Positions 45,701 to 57,156 of a stretch of DNA of 64,000 nucleotides are shown here, one piece after another (positions within the stretch are counted from its first letter, which is position 1; every line of letters starts with the position of its first letter). Source of the DNA: Chlorokybus atmophyticus (lineage: Eukaryota > Plantae > Mesostigma and Chlorokybus algae); the NCBI GenBank assembly GCA_009103225.1, contig RHPI01000773.1:20955-84954 (forward strand). Reading direction: 5' to 3'. The notes under the pieces were generated by a model. The model did no database searches and was not told the DNA's origin. It worked only from the letters and a program-made list of their open reading frames with translations. The position numbers and the translations under genes are program-made.

Positions 45701-48239
45701 GGACACAACTTCTGGGTCAACATGCAGGGGAGAGGGGACAGCAACAACAACAATGTCAGCTTTGATCTGGGGAATGGAGTGAGGTGGGAGAGCGTGCTGG
45801 AGGGTGGTGAGAAGAGTGGCGATAGAAGTGCGAGTGATGATGTTGGGGATGAGAATGCTGATCCCGCTGGCGCTGGCGGGATGGATATCTTGTCCGGGAG
45901 CTCCAGTGCGGTGCTCTCCCCGCTTGCCTCACCCGCCATGATCAGCCCGTCTTTCAGAAGAGACACCACCTTCAGCGTGTTAGCCGAGCGCATGGACGTT
46001 CCCAACAACAACAGCTCTGCTGGGGATCACCATAACCATAACAACAATATTAACAATGGCCCGATCCCACTCGACATGTGCGCCTCGTGGGTCCCGCGCT
46101 TGTCCATTACGAGAGACGCATTCGACCGCAGATGCCCAAAAGGGAGCAAAGTGAGTCACATGTTGGGTTGCAGATGTGTAACACGCACACGCACACGCAT
46201 ACACAGACACACTTTGTCTCTGCAGATGATAGTGTATAGGAAGTGCACGTTGGAGGTGTTTGCGGAGTTTGGGGAGTGCGCACGCTGGGACGGGATGCAA
46301 TCAAGACTAACATTCTTCCAAGACCTCGCGCGCACAATCACAAAAGAGGTTCGTGAGTACTTTGCTCGACGCAAAGACCGGCTTCGCGAGCGCCACACAT
46401 TCGTGCTTGAAGACAAAGTTGTGGAACTATTTGACCCGGGAAACACCTTTGTATTGGCTTCGCTCACCACACTTCGCCACGCCAACGCCGTCAATGCAAG
46501 TGATGGCGGGAACAACAACAACCACTCCAACACTGCGGGCAACAATAACAACAACAACAACAATAGCAACAACAACAACTTGCCGAGGCGGCGTGAGGCC
46601 CGATTCTACCCGACCGCGCGCCTAGATGGGCTCGCAAGCCGCGCGGAGGACTTTGAGAACATGCGCATGGAGGAGACTTACGTTGGGAGGGATGACCACC
46701 TCATCAAGCGCAAGGTCGCCTATGCACCCGCATCAGCAAACAGCAATGGTAACGCTGCATCACCAACACTTGCATCATTGCATTGTTGTATCAGTGCAAG
46801 TGCATCAGTGTATTATTGCATCAGCGTATCAGTGCATCTACGTGCGTGTGTGTGCGTGTGTAACAGCATACCAATGTGTTTCATTGCAGGTGTGCGTGTG
46901 GTTGAGAAGGGGAAGAAGGCTGGGGAGAAGGGCGCAGGCGTGGAGGCGCAGGCGGTGCGCAAGATGGTGGAGAGATTTGCCCGCAACGAGGCCGTGCCCG
47001 CCAAGCAAGACGTGGCCCAGCGCAAGTTCTGGCCCGCGCAAGGCCTCGCGCAGGTAGACTTCCACTATGAAGATGACAAGATATCCATCAGCTCGCGCGT
47101 GTACACAAAAGAGGGCCTCCAGTCCGCCACATACGCCGGTACCAACACACTGATACAACATCATTTGGATCTTGTCTTACCACAACCCACCACAACAATT
47201 GCTTGTCAGGTGCTGGGGTTGATGGGTTGGATGGTGTGGATGGTCTTGAGGGCAGCGCAGCAGCGGCTGCAGCGGCTGCGGTGGCAGTGGCAGAGCGCGA
47301 GTGCCTGAACGCCGTGCGCGAGAGCGAGCGCGAGGCGCGGGAGATTGTCGCTGCGCGCAACCGCGAGGAGCAGGCCATCACATTGGTGAGTCCATTGGCA
47401 CTGTGCACTACAGCACTCTTGACACAGACCCATATTGTGTATCTGCACATGTATCTGTATCTGTATCTGCATCTGTATCTGCACATGTATCTGTATCTGT
47501 ACATGTATCTGTATAGCACCTGTACTTGCATTTAAGCCTGTGTCGGTACAAGGCTGCAGCGTTAGCATTTGTTCGATATGCGTGGTGTTCTGCAGGTGAC
47601 GCCTTACTATGACATTGTGAGGGTGAAAAAAGAGGAGAGTGATGATGATGGCAGCGAGGCCGACGCCAAGGGTGAGTTGACTATGAGAGCACTACTGTTC
47701 TTGCTGGCTTTCACTTGTTCCCTCACTCGGTGTGTGCGGGCCAGGTCACGAGCACGACTACCTCTCACCATACTTGCCGGTGGCCATTGGCACACGGCCT
47801 CTATCCTTCAATGAGGCGCTTGAAGTGCGCGAGAAGTGCCTAAAGGCCCTCAAGGACCGCTTACTTGACCGTGCCGCCATCATACAAGTACAAGGAGAGA
47901 GTGTGTGTGTGTGTGTGCGTATGTGTGTGTGTGTGTGAGCGTTGCAGCATATTATGAGATGTTACATAATTGTGCTTGCCACAGGCGAGGCATGACGAGG
48001 AGGCAGCGGTGCTATCGAAGCGGCAAGCAAACCTCGCGCGGGACCGCGAGCAGATGAGCCGGCAGGAGGAGGAGGAGTGCGAGCGGGCGTGCGAGGAGAG
48101 TGCATTCCGGCTCCACGTGCTTGAGACACGACTCAAGCGTCACGAGGAGCAGGCCGTGGAGAAGTACAAGACCCTCGACGCCACCCTTCGCGAGGACTCT
48201 CGTCTCGCTGTCCTTGCCCAAGGTATCACGCGCTCGTAG
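39746..48239 (+). CDS. DRC7: Dynein regulatory complex subunit 7 (CCDC135/FAP50-like) with N-terminal LRR and Kelch-repeat domains, ~19 exons
   Basis: Exons join in frame: MELSADKF... + LRRs (LDLRSNAL, LELSGNHI, LDLSGNKL, LDVSTNRL) + Kelch repeats (RTGHT...FFGG, ARDGHAA...VFGG, LFGG, MHGG, RHSHS...VFGG) + CCDC135 core (NECGVERIICQSIRPT, WQAGDCFDFSMVLTSLLIGAGYDAYCVAGYA, RRVHAWVLVLPG, ECVWNGHNFWVNMQ, LDMCASWV, DYLSPYL, CLKALKDRL...AAIIQ). The first intron contains an N-gap. Confidence 0.9.
39972..40350. other. Assembly gap (Ns) within DRC7 intron 1
   Basis: Run of N. Confidence 1.
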
Positions 48240-50070
48240 GCACATACTAGATGACGTGTGTGACTTGCAAGAGTCTTCATGCATGCTACGCGCGTTGGTG
48301 TGTGTGTAGTGAGTGGCATGCAAGCATAATAGTATGACATTCATGCAATTACAACTATCTTAATGCAAAAGCAAGACCGCTCGTATAAGGACACACATAT
48401 GCATGATACGGAGATGGAGGAAAGATTAGTGCTACATGTGAACAATCTGACAAACTTTGTATCGTTGACCATGGATTTCACGTGTGCCATGAAGTCTCCA
48501 TCATATTTTTATTCTATTGAATGGTGTCAAAACTACGCTCAATCATACCATGCTTTGATAAGAGCTTGAGACTTAACGTGCTTGTAAAAAACTGCCGTAA
48601 AGTTATCCGAGTTTACAACTTCATCAGACCTTCAATATTATTTTGTTAAATGATGGATAGAGCGGTACTATGCAAGGACATACACAAAAGTAGGTTTTAT
48701 TACAAGTTATTTGATAATGTACATTTATGTGCATTGCATTGTGCAATCGAGCAAGTCACATGCTCGGTTTCAAGTTACAGTGATTAACATGCAGCACACA
48801 ATTTTATGCATATGCTAAGGTACTTGTTAAAATTTGTATGCATATGCAAACCTATCAATTGCACATGTCACACATTAACCAAATGGTATTAGTAACATGA
48901 TATAGCCAACCAATTAATCATTGCCAATATGCAAAGCATGCTTTACACATCTACGGGTGCGCGCATGTGCACACGTGTGAGAGGTCGTACCTGCCGCAAA
49001 GTGTTAATGACATGCAAATTACAATGAGCGCTTCAAGCAAAATTAATTACCTATTTGTGCAAATGGATCCCCCCCCCCCCGGTCCCCTATTATATCACCC
49101 CATTGAATTCTGTCCCAGGGGGGGCATGGACTTTAATGTTTCATTTAGCTTCAGACTGAACGCGTTTGGTTAATAGTTGTGCAATTTCTTGTAACACGAC
49201 CTCTTAACCACTGGGCTGTAGCAGCAAAAGTTGCTATCATAGGCGGAGCCACATGTCATTCATGCCCCATCCCATATATGTGTTACATTGCTCTATGGTC
49301 TTAAATGAGATGCGGCTGTCGTGTTGTTGTGTACATGTGGTTGAACAGCTGCCGTGCGATGTTAATGATTTGTTCATTGGCGGTGAAAGGCAATATTGTA
49401 TGTGGTCTGTCATAATTAACAAATGATACAAAAGGCACTAACATATGCGTGATTCATTGCAAACATGCACTTGACTAACCTACTTGCCAAATGCAATTAA
49501 TTGCAGCAATGGTCACTATGACATAATAGCCCGCTCGCCACAGTAACAACACCTTGTGGCCAACGACGTTTCACGTGTTATAATGCATACGGAAACGGTA
49601 CTTGTAACATGTTGATTATGTTGGCAATCAAAGGCTGATAAGCTTTAATTCAACCATATGAAGATACTACCCGGTGTACTCTACTGTCCGCTCGTTATAC
49701 CACCAATGCATTGCATTGGAGTTGTTTTTGTCGGCGTTTATTGCCAGGAAAAACAACACCCAAAGCCACAACAGTTTCAAAGGATGCAAAAAGATTGGCA
49801 TCATCATAGATGCCATTAGTAGAACAGTAGCTTCAGACAACACTTGCCTTAGCCTTAAAAGGCATTCTTCAGCATCTGTTATAATGCGAAGATTCGTGGC
49901 TTAATACACAATAAATGATTGGTTTAACAACAAAAGTTTTGAGGAGAAAAACAAAACCATTCATCAACATCTGTTATATTGCAAATATGCGCAACTCAAT
50001 ACACAACAAATGAACGGTTTCATATATATATACATAAATATGTGTATATGCATCTACTTGTGTATACATA

Positions 50071-50109
<39 letters not shown>

Positions 50110-52623
50110 ATACTTATGCGAGGATACGCAAACACATTAATCACATCAAAATATTAGTACAATGTATGCAATATTGTCTCGAAAAGAGCGCTCCGGAAGA
50201 AAGTCTTGCCTTGAGTGGAGTTGCTATGCGCAAGCCTGCATAGGCAAGAGTCAACACGGACTAGAGCTTCAAGTGTATAAAGCTAAATTATATTGCTTGA
50301 CATGCACGCGAATTAATTTGCAATGTCGCACAATTTGCATGTTTCTGCACGTGGACCAATTTGGGAGGTCTCACCTATTTCGCACCGGATGTCTTCATGA
50401 ATGGTTATAATGATAAGCAACATCAAAGCAATAATATTGTTGACACAATGCATAGCAGTCGCGGGCAAAAAATGAAGCATGGAGATCGCCATGAAGTGTC
50501 AATGGCTGTTTGCCAAACAGTAATGGACAATTCGATGTGCTTCATCTTCAATGAACACGATCATAAGACGCGCCTCCGTTTTAATGAGTTTGCAATTGGC
50601 ATATCAAGATATTCACTTATTCGCACATCTTATAATGTAATACCGCTTATGTTAGTGGCATGTGCGTTGAATTACACAGATTGCATCTACATAAAAGGTG
50701 TGAGGAAGGTGTGAGCAATTAAACGACGCCACAATTAAGCAGTCACCAAAATATTCACCTACACAAACAGCTTAATCATGCAATAACGCTGACATCAATG
50801 GCATGTGCGTTGCCACACATACAACACATATATCGCATCCACATAAAAGTTATAAGGAAGCAAGTTAACGATGCCACAATCAAGTCGATAACTATACGAT
50901 TATGTGGTTTTCTTGTCATGGTATTTAAACAACTCGTCCGCTTTTGCTATATCGATGCATCTTTGAAGCATTTGGTCTAAGATGACTTTGTATTAACCCA
51001 ATGTGCATATCGGTCCAGAACAAACACTATTAGCTTCATTGAATTCAACAATTGTGTTCACTGCTTTCGTGGTGTCTTACTTTGTCAACCTTTATAAAAC
51101 AAACATGTTATTGTGACATAAGCATGCAAGAGCAAAAGCTTTGGGTTGGTTTGACATTGCCGTTGACACAATGCAAAACGAGTCATCAGCAAAGTAAGTA
51201 AAGGGNNNNNNNNGGGGGGAGGGGGTGTTTGTTCAGAATATCTACAAAGAATCCCGAAACCAATAGCGATAACCAATTTTCAATTGGACCATCATTATGC
51301 ATGGCTATTTTTATTGGCTTCTTAAAACACAAGCCTTGTATTTTATGCAAATTCCAGGAGCCGATCATAGCTGTTTGAGAGCGAGAGCGGTACCAACTAC
51401 AATTGATGTTAATGGCGCATGGGTGAAATGGATAAAATCACATATGGAAGTAGAAGATGACCTCATAAATAATTGGGCTTATATACTATAGAAGGTCTTT
51501 GTAAGACCCGTTTCGCGCGTATCATATTGCCTACTTTGAAAATCGTGCCTAGTATGTTGGCCATCCGATCGACTTGCCAACGACCGCGTTGGTGTTGGCC
51601 ATGTGGACGCTTCCCCACCAACCAGGGCTGGTGTCTACAACGTTAAAGCCCGCAGCATCAAGATAACCATTGAAGTCGGGTGTAACGTGCATGGCAAACA
51701 TGTTGTCATTGCTTCAGTATATGCATGAATACATATGAAACAACCTTCTTATGCAGCTTATGCAGCTTATCGCAACACGCATAACAGGTAGCAATGCATT
51801 GAGCACACATGTATCGCATTGACAGTCATGCATGAACGCACTCACCCAATCGTCCTTCAGCTTGACTTACGGGTGTTGGGGTCAACTTATGGGTAGATTT
51901 TTTACCGGCACTCGTGCGCGTCAACAAACCCTTCTGCTTATGAGCCTCCTCTCATAATCGCACATTACAACGGAATGAGCTGCAATGTTGCAAAACAACA
52001 ACAGACGTGACATAAACAACGTATGTGCAAATGCGCATTAACTATCAGCATATACAAATCCTGTGTTTGGTAAACATGGTGTTTGTCTCCGTGATCACGT
52101 GCGTGATGTCAGCTCAATTCTGGCCGTTTGTCACATTGCGATTAAGCAAGTCAACCAAAGCTTCAACAACTTCGTTCTTGTAATAATAGATGCAAATCTG
52201 TTACATTATTTTTGCTATACAGGTATGGAGAATTGCTGCACCACACTCTTATCAGCCGCATTGAAATCAAAACTACACCAGCGTCGCCTAAACCTGCGCA
52301 TGCAATGCAATTAGAGTCAGAAGGCGCTCATGTGTTCAGTTTAGTTTATATGTGCATGAAGGGAATGCTGAATGTATGAGTGGCTGATAAACGATTGAGG
52401 TGGCGTGTCGCATGATTTGGGGGGGGGGGGGGGGGGGACATGANTGTTGTTTTTATCTTGTAATGTTTGCAATGGTTAAGAAAATATAAGGAGCATAGCC
52501 TTTGCTATATGCTCAACCAAGATGTGTTGTTGCCTGCAATGTATTTATAATACATAATACTTAAGACAACATTGTCCGCGGTGTGTCCTCCTTGATTGTG
52601 CGACACGTCAGGTAGCGTGCATG

Positions 52624-52832
52624 ATGATGTGGAAGTATGTCACCTCCCCATTAGGTAGCCTATGATGGCAGGGGGGCAATGCGTGATGACCCCCTGCCAC
52701 CATAGGTTACCCGATGATGTGGAAGTATGTCACCTCTCAACCAGGTAACTTATGATGGCAGGGGGGCAATGCGTGATTGCCCCCCTGCCACCATAAGTTA
52801 CCTGGTGATGTGGAAGATTGTCACCTCCCCAT
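52624..52832. repeat. ~90-bp tandem repeat (2.3 copies), each full copy folding into a long hairpin
   Basis: Units start at 52624, 52714 and 52805 with (A/G)TGATGTGGAAG. In copy 2, arms 52741-52770 and 52776-52805 form a 30-bp stem with one mismatch and a GCGTG loop. Confidence 0.92.
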
Positions 52833-53535
52833 CAGTTGTACTATGGCGCGGGCAATACGCGACGAGCTTATGTGAAACAAACATGTTCATGCATGCGAAA
52901 TCCGTAGTCCATTATCCAATTTGTGTAATTGATATATGTCCAGTCCATGTTTTGTGTTATCAGTATATGTCCAGTCCATGTTTTGTGTGGAATCCATAGC
53001 GTGAACTTTAGACTTTATAGTTTATAGAGATCGATGTACCCGTGTCATGAGGGGCAATGCCCTTGTCAGCCAGTGGGAAAGCAGCGACAAAAGAGCTGAC
53101 AATGCTGACGTCAGCACAGCAGCCATCTATCGTCCCCAATCATTGCTGCGACAGACCGCGCCAAAGCCGGTGCCTCTGGACCGCTGACCCACCAGCCTCA
53201 CAACTGCTTCTGACCGCAATGCAAGTACCCTCGCCTCTTCAAGTCCGGTGACTACCAACTTGACATCCCTCTTTGTCCGATGCTCCACCCGCCTGGAGGA
53301 CGCAGGCTGCGGCACCCCCGCTGGAACGCGACACGCCATCAAGTCTCATGAGCTGTGACGATCTTCGATAAGTGTCGCAGCCCTGCTCTAAGGGCCCTAA
53401 ATGACCTATTGCTATGAGTCATGGGGTTTGTGTCTTTTTTGACTCGGATGGCTTCCGTCCTAATCAGCAGAGAAAAGTGCTCCTTGTTTGTTTGTGTTTA
53501 TCCTGTGAGAGGACAAGCACCGTAACCGCTGTGGA

Positions 53536-53566
<31 letters not shown>

Positions 53567-53660
53567 GAGGAGGAGGAGGAGGAGGAGGGGCAGGGGACCG
53601 GGGAGCTGGGGTTTGGAGAATTGCGGCTCTCTGCCCTCTTTAGGGCAGAGAGCTGCAAAG

Positions 53661-56445
53661 ATGGGTGCGGCCTGCTCTGGGGGGCCAGGGAGGGGACATG
53701 GGGCGGCGGGGAGGAGGCCGGGGGGCGGAGCTGGACAGGAGCAAGGGGGCGGCGCTGACGGTATTGATCATTCTATGGACGGCGTGAGCGGCCTGCCGTG
53801 GGCGCTGGCGAGACAGCTGTCGCCGGCGAGGCTGCTGCTGCCGCCGCCGTTGTCCCCGCCCCCGCGCAAGAGCGCCTTCCGGGCCGTTGCTCCTTGCGGG
53901 GGAGGCGTGCCGACCCTCCTGGACTTGTGCGTTGCTGTCGCAGCCGAGGCCGCCTGCGGGCCTGACCCTGTTGACCTCAGCCGCCTCCCAGGCGACCTCA
54001 GCCAGTGCGTTCTTGACCGCATGCTGGCCTGTGGCGAGGGCCGCCGCCTGCTTAAACTCCCCATGCTCGCCGCCGCCTTTGACGGCTGCCCCCTTACTCA
54101 GCTCTCCTGGGCCCGCCTCCCCCACCTGGACGACTCCTGGCTAAGATGGCTCGCTGCACAAGACAACGTACGTGTTTGCGCACCCTTACTTCAACACACC
54201 GCCAGAATGCATGCATGCTGGCGGATGGACCAGATTATCCTGTTCAGCTCGTGATGCAATGGTGGAATTTTGTTCTTGCATGGCTTTGCCGCATCACAAT
54301 GAACAACCTTGCATGCACCTTCAATTTCTTTCAACATGCAACAATCACGGCGTCAATTGCAAGTGATACAAGCAGGTATAGTCTACGCGTGTATTACATG
54401 GTTTACATACAGCCCACGTGGTAAATGCCTACATCGAGCATCTCATTCTCAGTCATGGTTGCATTGTTGCCAAATTGCCGTCTCTGTTTGCCAGTTGGCC
54501 TCAACGGCAATGCATGCACATACACACTTGCATGCAGTCGGTTCATGCATGGCACATGGTGATTGCAAAAGGAGTGCATTGCAGGGCAGAATCTGATCAA
54601 CGGTTGTCGTCATTCACAGGCATGCGCTTCTGTGGTGTCGGTGGACCTGGCTGGTTGTCGTGGCTTGGGAGACGGCGGCGTGGCGGCTCTCAGCAGATTG
54701 TCGCGCTGCGAGAAGCTCTCCTTGGCAGGATGCGCAAGGATCACGGATGCGGGCGTGGCGAAAGCGCTCAGCTCCAGCCTGACCTCTCTCTCCCTAGCGG
54801 GCTGCTCGCAGCTCACAGGCTATGCCATCACGGCCATCGCAGCCATTTGTGGCCAGTCCCTTGTACGGTTAGATTTGGAGATGTGCCCGGTCATCGCTGG
54901 AGGCCTCGCCGCGCTCAAAACCCTCCCCCGACTCAGGACCCTTCTTTTGGGTTGGTGCACAGGTGTTTCCGATGATGACCTTGCCGACTGCCTGCCCAGC
55001 AACCTGCGCGAGCTTGGCCTCTCCCGCACGTCCATCACAGATGCTACCTGTACCCTGCTCGCTTCCCGCCTGAGCCACTCGCTTCGCCGCCTTACACTCG
55101 CAGGCTGCTCCATCACGGTATGCGCTACTGCATCGATCAATCAGACAGTCACACGGCTTTCACACACTTGTACTGTTTCATGCCTCTCAGGATGCTGGCA
55201 TGTGCATGGTGGCCAAGTGCATGCGATTGAAGACTCTCAGCGTGGAGTGGTGCTCCGGCGTTGGTGACGCGGGCTTTGAGGAGGTCGCCAAAGGCTGTAC
55301 AAACCTGCGCAGCCTGCACTTGGGCTACACTCATGTCACGGATGGCGGCCTGCTCGCTGCCACGGGCGGCCGCCGCCTTCAGCAGCTGCAGCACCTCAGC
55401 CTCGACTCCTGCGGTGCTGTCACGGATAAAGGCCTTGCCGCCCTCCGCCTTCTGCCCTCACTCCAGGAGCTGGACCTTTCCGACACTAACATCACGTAAG
55501 CGTGCGAGCAACTCGTTTGTACTTGACACACGCGCATGCACGCCCCCATACATGCATGCATGCATGCGCAAACACCTGCATGTATGCGCTGTTGCATTGC
55601 AGCTGACTTTGTTTGACTGATTGTGTGCAGTGATAAGGGTGCTTCGCGGCATCTGGCTGCTTTGGGTCCCGGTCTGCGCGTGCTGCAGCTCGGGTGTTGT
55701 GGTGTGGGGGACGCGGCGCTGCAAGCCATGGGTGTCGGCCTGACCGGCCTGGAGAAGCTCGGGCTAGACTCGCGCAACGTCACAGACACCGGCGTGTTGG
55801 CACTGGTAAGCCCACTCTGACTGAGCGCAACACGGCCGAGGGGCATGCATACAAAGAGAAACAACACAAAAAACAAACGGGGGAATACAAGACACCGGCC
55901 CGAGCTTGTGTGTTGCGCTTGTGCTGCGTTGCGCACGCAGGCCTCGCTGGGATCAACTCTGTTGGAGTTGGACCTCTTCGCGGCCCGCGTGACGGACGCG
56001 GGAGTGGGCCACATTGCCGGCAGCATGAAGCGTCTGCGCGCCCTCGAGCTATGCGGCGGGGCCCTCACTGACCGCGCCGCCTGCAGCCTTGTGGCCGTCC
56101 AGTCCCTCCGCACACTCAATCTAGCGCAGAACCACCGCATGTCCGACACCGCACTACGCTACCTCGGCAAACTACTCCACCTCCACCACCTCAACCTGGT
56201 ACACATCCTCCCCATCATATCATCCTCATATTGTTATCGTCTCAGCCCCTGGCTCAATATGCATTGTGTTTCTCTTCCTTCTGCAGTCGCACACGCGAGT
56301 CACGCTGAAAGGAGTCTCAGCCAACCTGAAGCACCTGCATGAGTTGGAGTCCCTCACGTTGTCGGGGACGGGCATCAAGTCGGCCGACCTGCGCCGAGCC
56401 CTGCAGGACCACCCTAACATACAGACCGTCACCGCCGATGGATGA
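53661..56445 (+). CDS. Leucine-rich repeat protein (AMN1/FBXL-like LRRs; resembles plant MGGACS-type LRR proteins), ~6 exons
   Basis: MGAACSG N-terminus; PTLLDLCV...DLSRLPGDLSQCVLDRML; repeated LSLAGCARITDAG, LHLGYTHVTDGG, LDLSDTNIT, LGLDSRNVTDTG, LDLFAARVTDAG, LELCGGALTD, LNLAQNHRMSD; ends TVTADG*. Confidence 0.88.
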
Positions 56446-57156
56446 CGCGTGTAAATACGAGCCCGCATGTATATAGAGTGTATATTGCGCAGCAGCACCG
56501 CACGCTGTACATAGGATAGGCTATACCGCAGTGACACATGTTTTCCGTAGACTTCTATAAACTCTTGCTTTGATATTGGCCTGCTTTAGACAGGTTCTTT
56601 TGTGTTTAAGAAACCCGCTGCTTTTAGTGGTCATGTGTGAATTGGCTTCGTTTTAAGGCCGCTATTGGATGTGCCCCTTGTGGGACACTGTAGGGTCACA
56701 AATGTTCTTACAAGTTCTGTGTTGTCGACTAACGCATGACGTGGTGGTTGTATCACGAATGCACACAAGCGCTGCAAGCACTCGCTCACGCATTTGTAGG
56801 CCATGGTTGTTTCATGCACATGTTGTTGAGTTGGTGTCAACATGCAGCAGCCGACACGAGGAAAGCATTGCGATTGCATTGCATGAAACCCGCCAGCTTG
56901 ATGCTGAACAGACTGTTTTGTGCCGTAACCAAGTCTCATGATGCACAAGTGCGTTCCTTCGCGCTAAGACACACGGCGAAGAGCGAGAGCAGGGGGGTTG
57001 TCCTCGGCCTTGTCGCCCGCCGCCGCTCAGGCGCGCGGTTGTTGTGCTCGTCGTTGGCGCGGGTGGGGGCGGAGGCGGAGGGAAGCCGGCCACAGGGTCG
57101 TCGTTGTCATCGTCAAGAGCGGCAGCTAGGTCATCGGCGACATCCATAACCGCGTC

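Noticed and set aside
49066-52430. Poly-C (~49068) and poly-G (~52408) tracts as inverted termini of a large element
   Set aside because: Flanking bases are not complementary and no TSD was found; homopolymers are common here and border the assembly gaps.
52624-52832. CRISPR-like repeat/spacer array
   Set aside because: Only 2.3 units, the intervening sequences are conserved rather than unique, there are no cas genes, and the context is eukaryotic.
53057-53350. GC-rich coding-like segment upstream of the LRR gene
   Set aside because: Interrupted by stops in the plausible frames and no family similarity was recognised.
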